A DNA stretch of 45,805 nt from a virus (Duplodnaviria; Caudoviricetes): positions 1 to 45,805 of IMG/VR virus record IMGVR_UViG_3300017761_001556, one strand, 5' to 3'. Below the pieces are notes generated by a model that worked only from the letters and a program-made list of their open reading frames with translations, had not been told where the DNA came from and made no database searches. Made by a program: the position numbers and the translations under genes. Below are positions 44,255 to 45,805 of this stretch, piece after piece (the stretch's first letter is position 1; every line of letters starts with the position of its first letter).

Positions 44255-44766
44255 TTGCCAAACGCTCTGCCGCCAAAGTGGAACGCTATGATGCTGGCAA
44301 ACAAAGCCTGAGTCTCGTCATCCCATAATTGTTCAGCTAACTGAACAAAATCTACCCCAGTTGTCAGCCCCTTGTAAGCTATCACAGCGTCGATACCGAC
44401 TAGCAAGAAAAAGAAACCATACGTAATTACGGGGCGCACAGATGCGCGTAGGTCTTTCATCCACGTAGATGTACCTTCGTTTAGGCTTGTATCATGGGCA
44501 TAGATTGCATTCATCTCCGCTTTTTGTGCGTCGATTAGCGAGACTTTCTCCGCAGATTGTGTCTGGGTCTTAATCTCGTCTAACTTAATTTCTTCTATGC
44601 GCTGCTGCGCAACATATCCTGCGGCGGCTAATTGTAGCTCGCGTTCGGTTTGCATTTGAGCCAGCTTTAACTCGTGAGACTTGTCTTGTCTGTCTTGGAA
44701 AAAGTCGAGTAGTTTAGGCAAACCACCCATCAAAAACGACAAAAATGTTGAAAGTAGTGTAAGCAT
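44251..44766 (-). CDS. putative holin (3TM GTA-holin-like)
   Basis: N-terminal hydrophobic helix, coiled coil, LRASVRPVITY TM, IIAFHFGGR end; ATGA-coupled to the lysozyme. Confidence 0.7.
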   Translation of the reverse strand: MLTLLSTFLSFLMGGLPKLLDFFQDRQDKSHELKLAQMQTERELQLAAAGYVAQQRIEEIKLDEIKTQTQSAEKVSLIDAQKAEMNAIYAHDTSLNEGTSTWMKDLRASVRPVITYGFFFLLVGIDAVIAYKGLTTGVDFVQLAEQLWDDETQALFASIIAFHFGGRAFGK

Positions 44767-44792
44767 TATTCCTGTACCCCTAATTTATTTTC

Positions 44793-45805
44793 CTATTGAC
44801 TCTGCAATTGCGATGTTGGTAGTGTGAAGTTTGCTGTGTACCGCGCTACGCCTTTGGTTACTCTCAAGTCATCTAGGTATCCGTTTAAAAAGCTAGTAGC
44901 GCTATCCGCGTATCTTCCTATAACACAACTAGAAGTAGAAAAATTAGTTGAATTGGTAATACTTACTCCAGAAACGCCATTTACATAAATATTTATTGTA
45001 CTTCCACTCCTGACCATTGCAATATGATTCCAAGTGTTTATTGTTATAGAATTTGATGTAGCAGAACTATAAGCAGAATTTGTATAAATTCTAAAAGTGC
45101 CTGACGTAGTAACTACCAAAACAAAAGATGCTGTTCTTGAAGCCGCGCCACCTAATGTTTGAGTATCAAATACTGCTTGCTCAGCAGAAAGACTTGCGGT
45201 ATTTATCCAGAACTCAACAGTAAAATTGCCTGTTCCAAAGCTAAAGTTTTGTTCCACGGAATCTTGACTAACCAAATAGCCCGTAGTTCCATTAAACAGC
45301 ATTGAGCTACCGCCCCATTTACTCAGCACTGTGCTTACAGATACACCACCTACAGTCTCTAATACGTTCTTAGCTGTGTTGTCGATGATGCCAGCGTTGG
45401 TGTAATTGAGTAGAAGCGAGGTTCCTAGATATACATTCCCCGCGCTGTACGCACCAGAAGCAGTTGTAATCCAGAATGGATGACCAGTAGCATTAACATT
45501 GAACGTGTACGTCTCGCCTCTTACCAATGTCAGGGTAGGATTAGATGCACCATTTATTACATAGTTGCTTGAGCCATTGGCTGTTACGGCATAGACTTTT
45601 TCAGACGTTCCTGAGTTAACTATATTAATAACCCCTGCCATTCCTGAATGGTATTGGCAAACGTAGTACAACGTATTTGGTGCATCACTACCTACTACAA
45701 ATGTAAGTGTGCCTGACTGCGTACCGTTATTGGTTAGTTTTGTAGGCGTAGGTGGAGCTGTTGGTACAGTTGAAGAAGAACTGCCTGTTCCTACCAATAC
45801 TTGCA
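44793..45805 (-). CDS. LamG/concanavalin A-like tail protein (5' end outside window) with cupredoxin-like insert
   Basis: NFTVEFW, WNHIAMVR, GYLDDLRVTKGVARY LamG motifs; frame open to the window edge. Confidence 0.85.
   Translation of the reverse strand, partial: QVLVGTGSSSSTVPTAPPTPTKLTNNGTQSGTLTFVVGSDAPNTLYYVCQYHSGMAGVINIVNSGTSEKVYAVTANGSSNYVINGASNPTLTLVRGETYTFNVNATGHPFWITTASGAYSAGNVYLGTSLLLNYTNAGIIDNTAKNVLETVGGVSVSTVLSKWGGSSMLFNGTTGYLVSQDSVEQNFSFGTGNFTVEFWINTASLSAEQAVFDTQTLGGAASRTASFVLVVTTSGTFRIYTNSAYSSATSNSITINTWNHIAMVRSGSTINIYVNGVSGVSITNSTNFSTSSCVIGRYADSATSFLNGYLDDLRVTKGVARYTANFTLPTSQLQSQ

Noticed and set aside
42173-45805. Diversity-generating retroelement or tail-fibre invertase
   Set aside because: No reverse transcriptase, template/variable repeat pair or recombinase was seen

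Overview
Most of a tailed dsDNA phage genome of P22-like podovirus architecture. No integrase, tRNA or CRISPR array is visible. The window starts inside a head gene and ends inside a LamG tail protein, and the major capsid gene is not included. Minus strand 1-6714 carries head and packaging genes (scaffold-like protein, GroES, portal, TerL, TerS). Plus strand 7056-27728 carries early and replication genes: small cassette-like ORFs with repeated promoters, terminators and operators; an iteron-rich origin candidate at about 8800-9290; a DUF3150-like / MoxR-AAA / metallopeptidase-VWA trio; VRR-NUC; a Leu762 family A polymerase; a Cas4-like nuclease; an SNF2 helicase; an SSB-like protein; and an AEP primase-DUF927 helicase. 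Minus strand 27725-45805 carries ejection/internal virion proteins, tail and lysis genes. The most striking observation is a duplicated cassette in the ejection-protein region. Two different GNAT-like genes are each ATGA-coupled to a different virion protein. These two otherwise dissimilar proteins begin with the same 19-aa leader (MxIxNKFNGYxADxxRxYN), conserved at protein but not codon level. This suggests RiPP-like leader-directed processing and acylation of ejection proteins. Other notable items are repeated AxGG motifs, a nested overprinted ORF in the 2362-aa protein, a circularly permuted cupredoxin insert in a tail protein, and several families of intergenic repeats. All family assignments come from motif recognition, not database searches.
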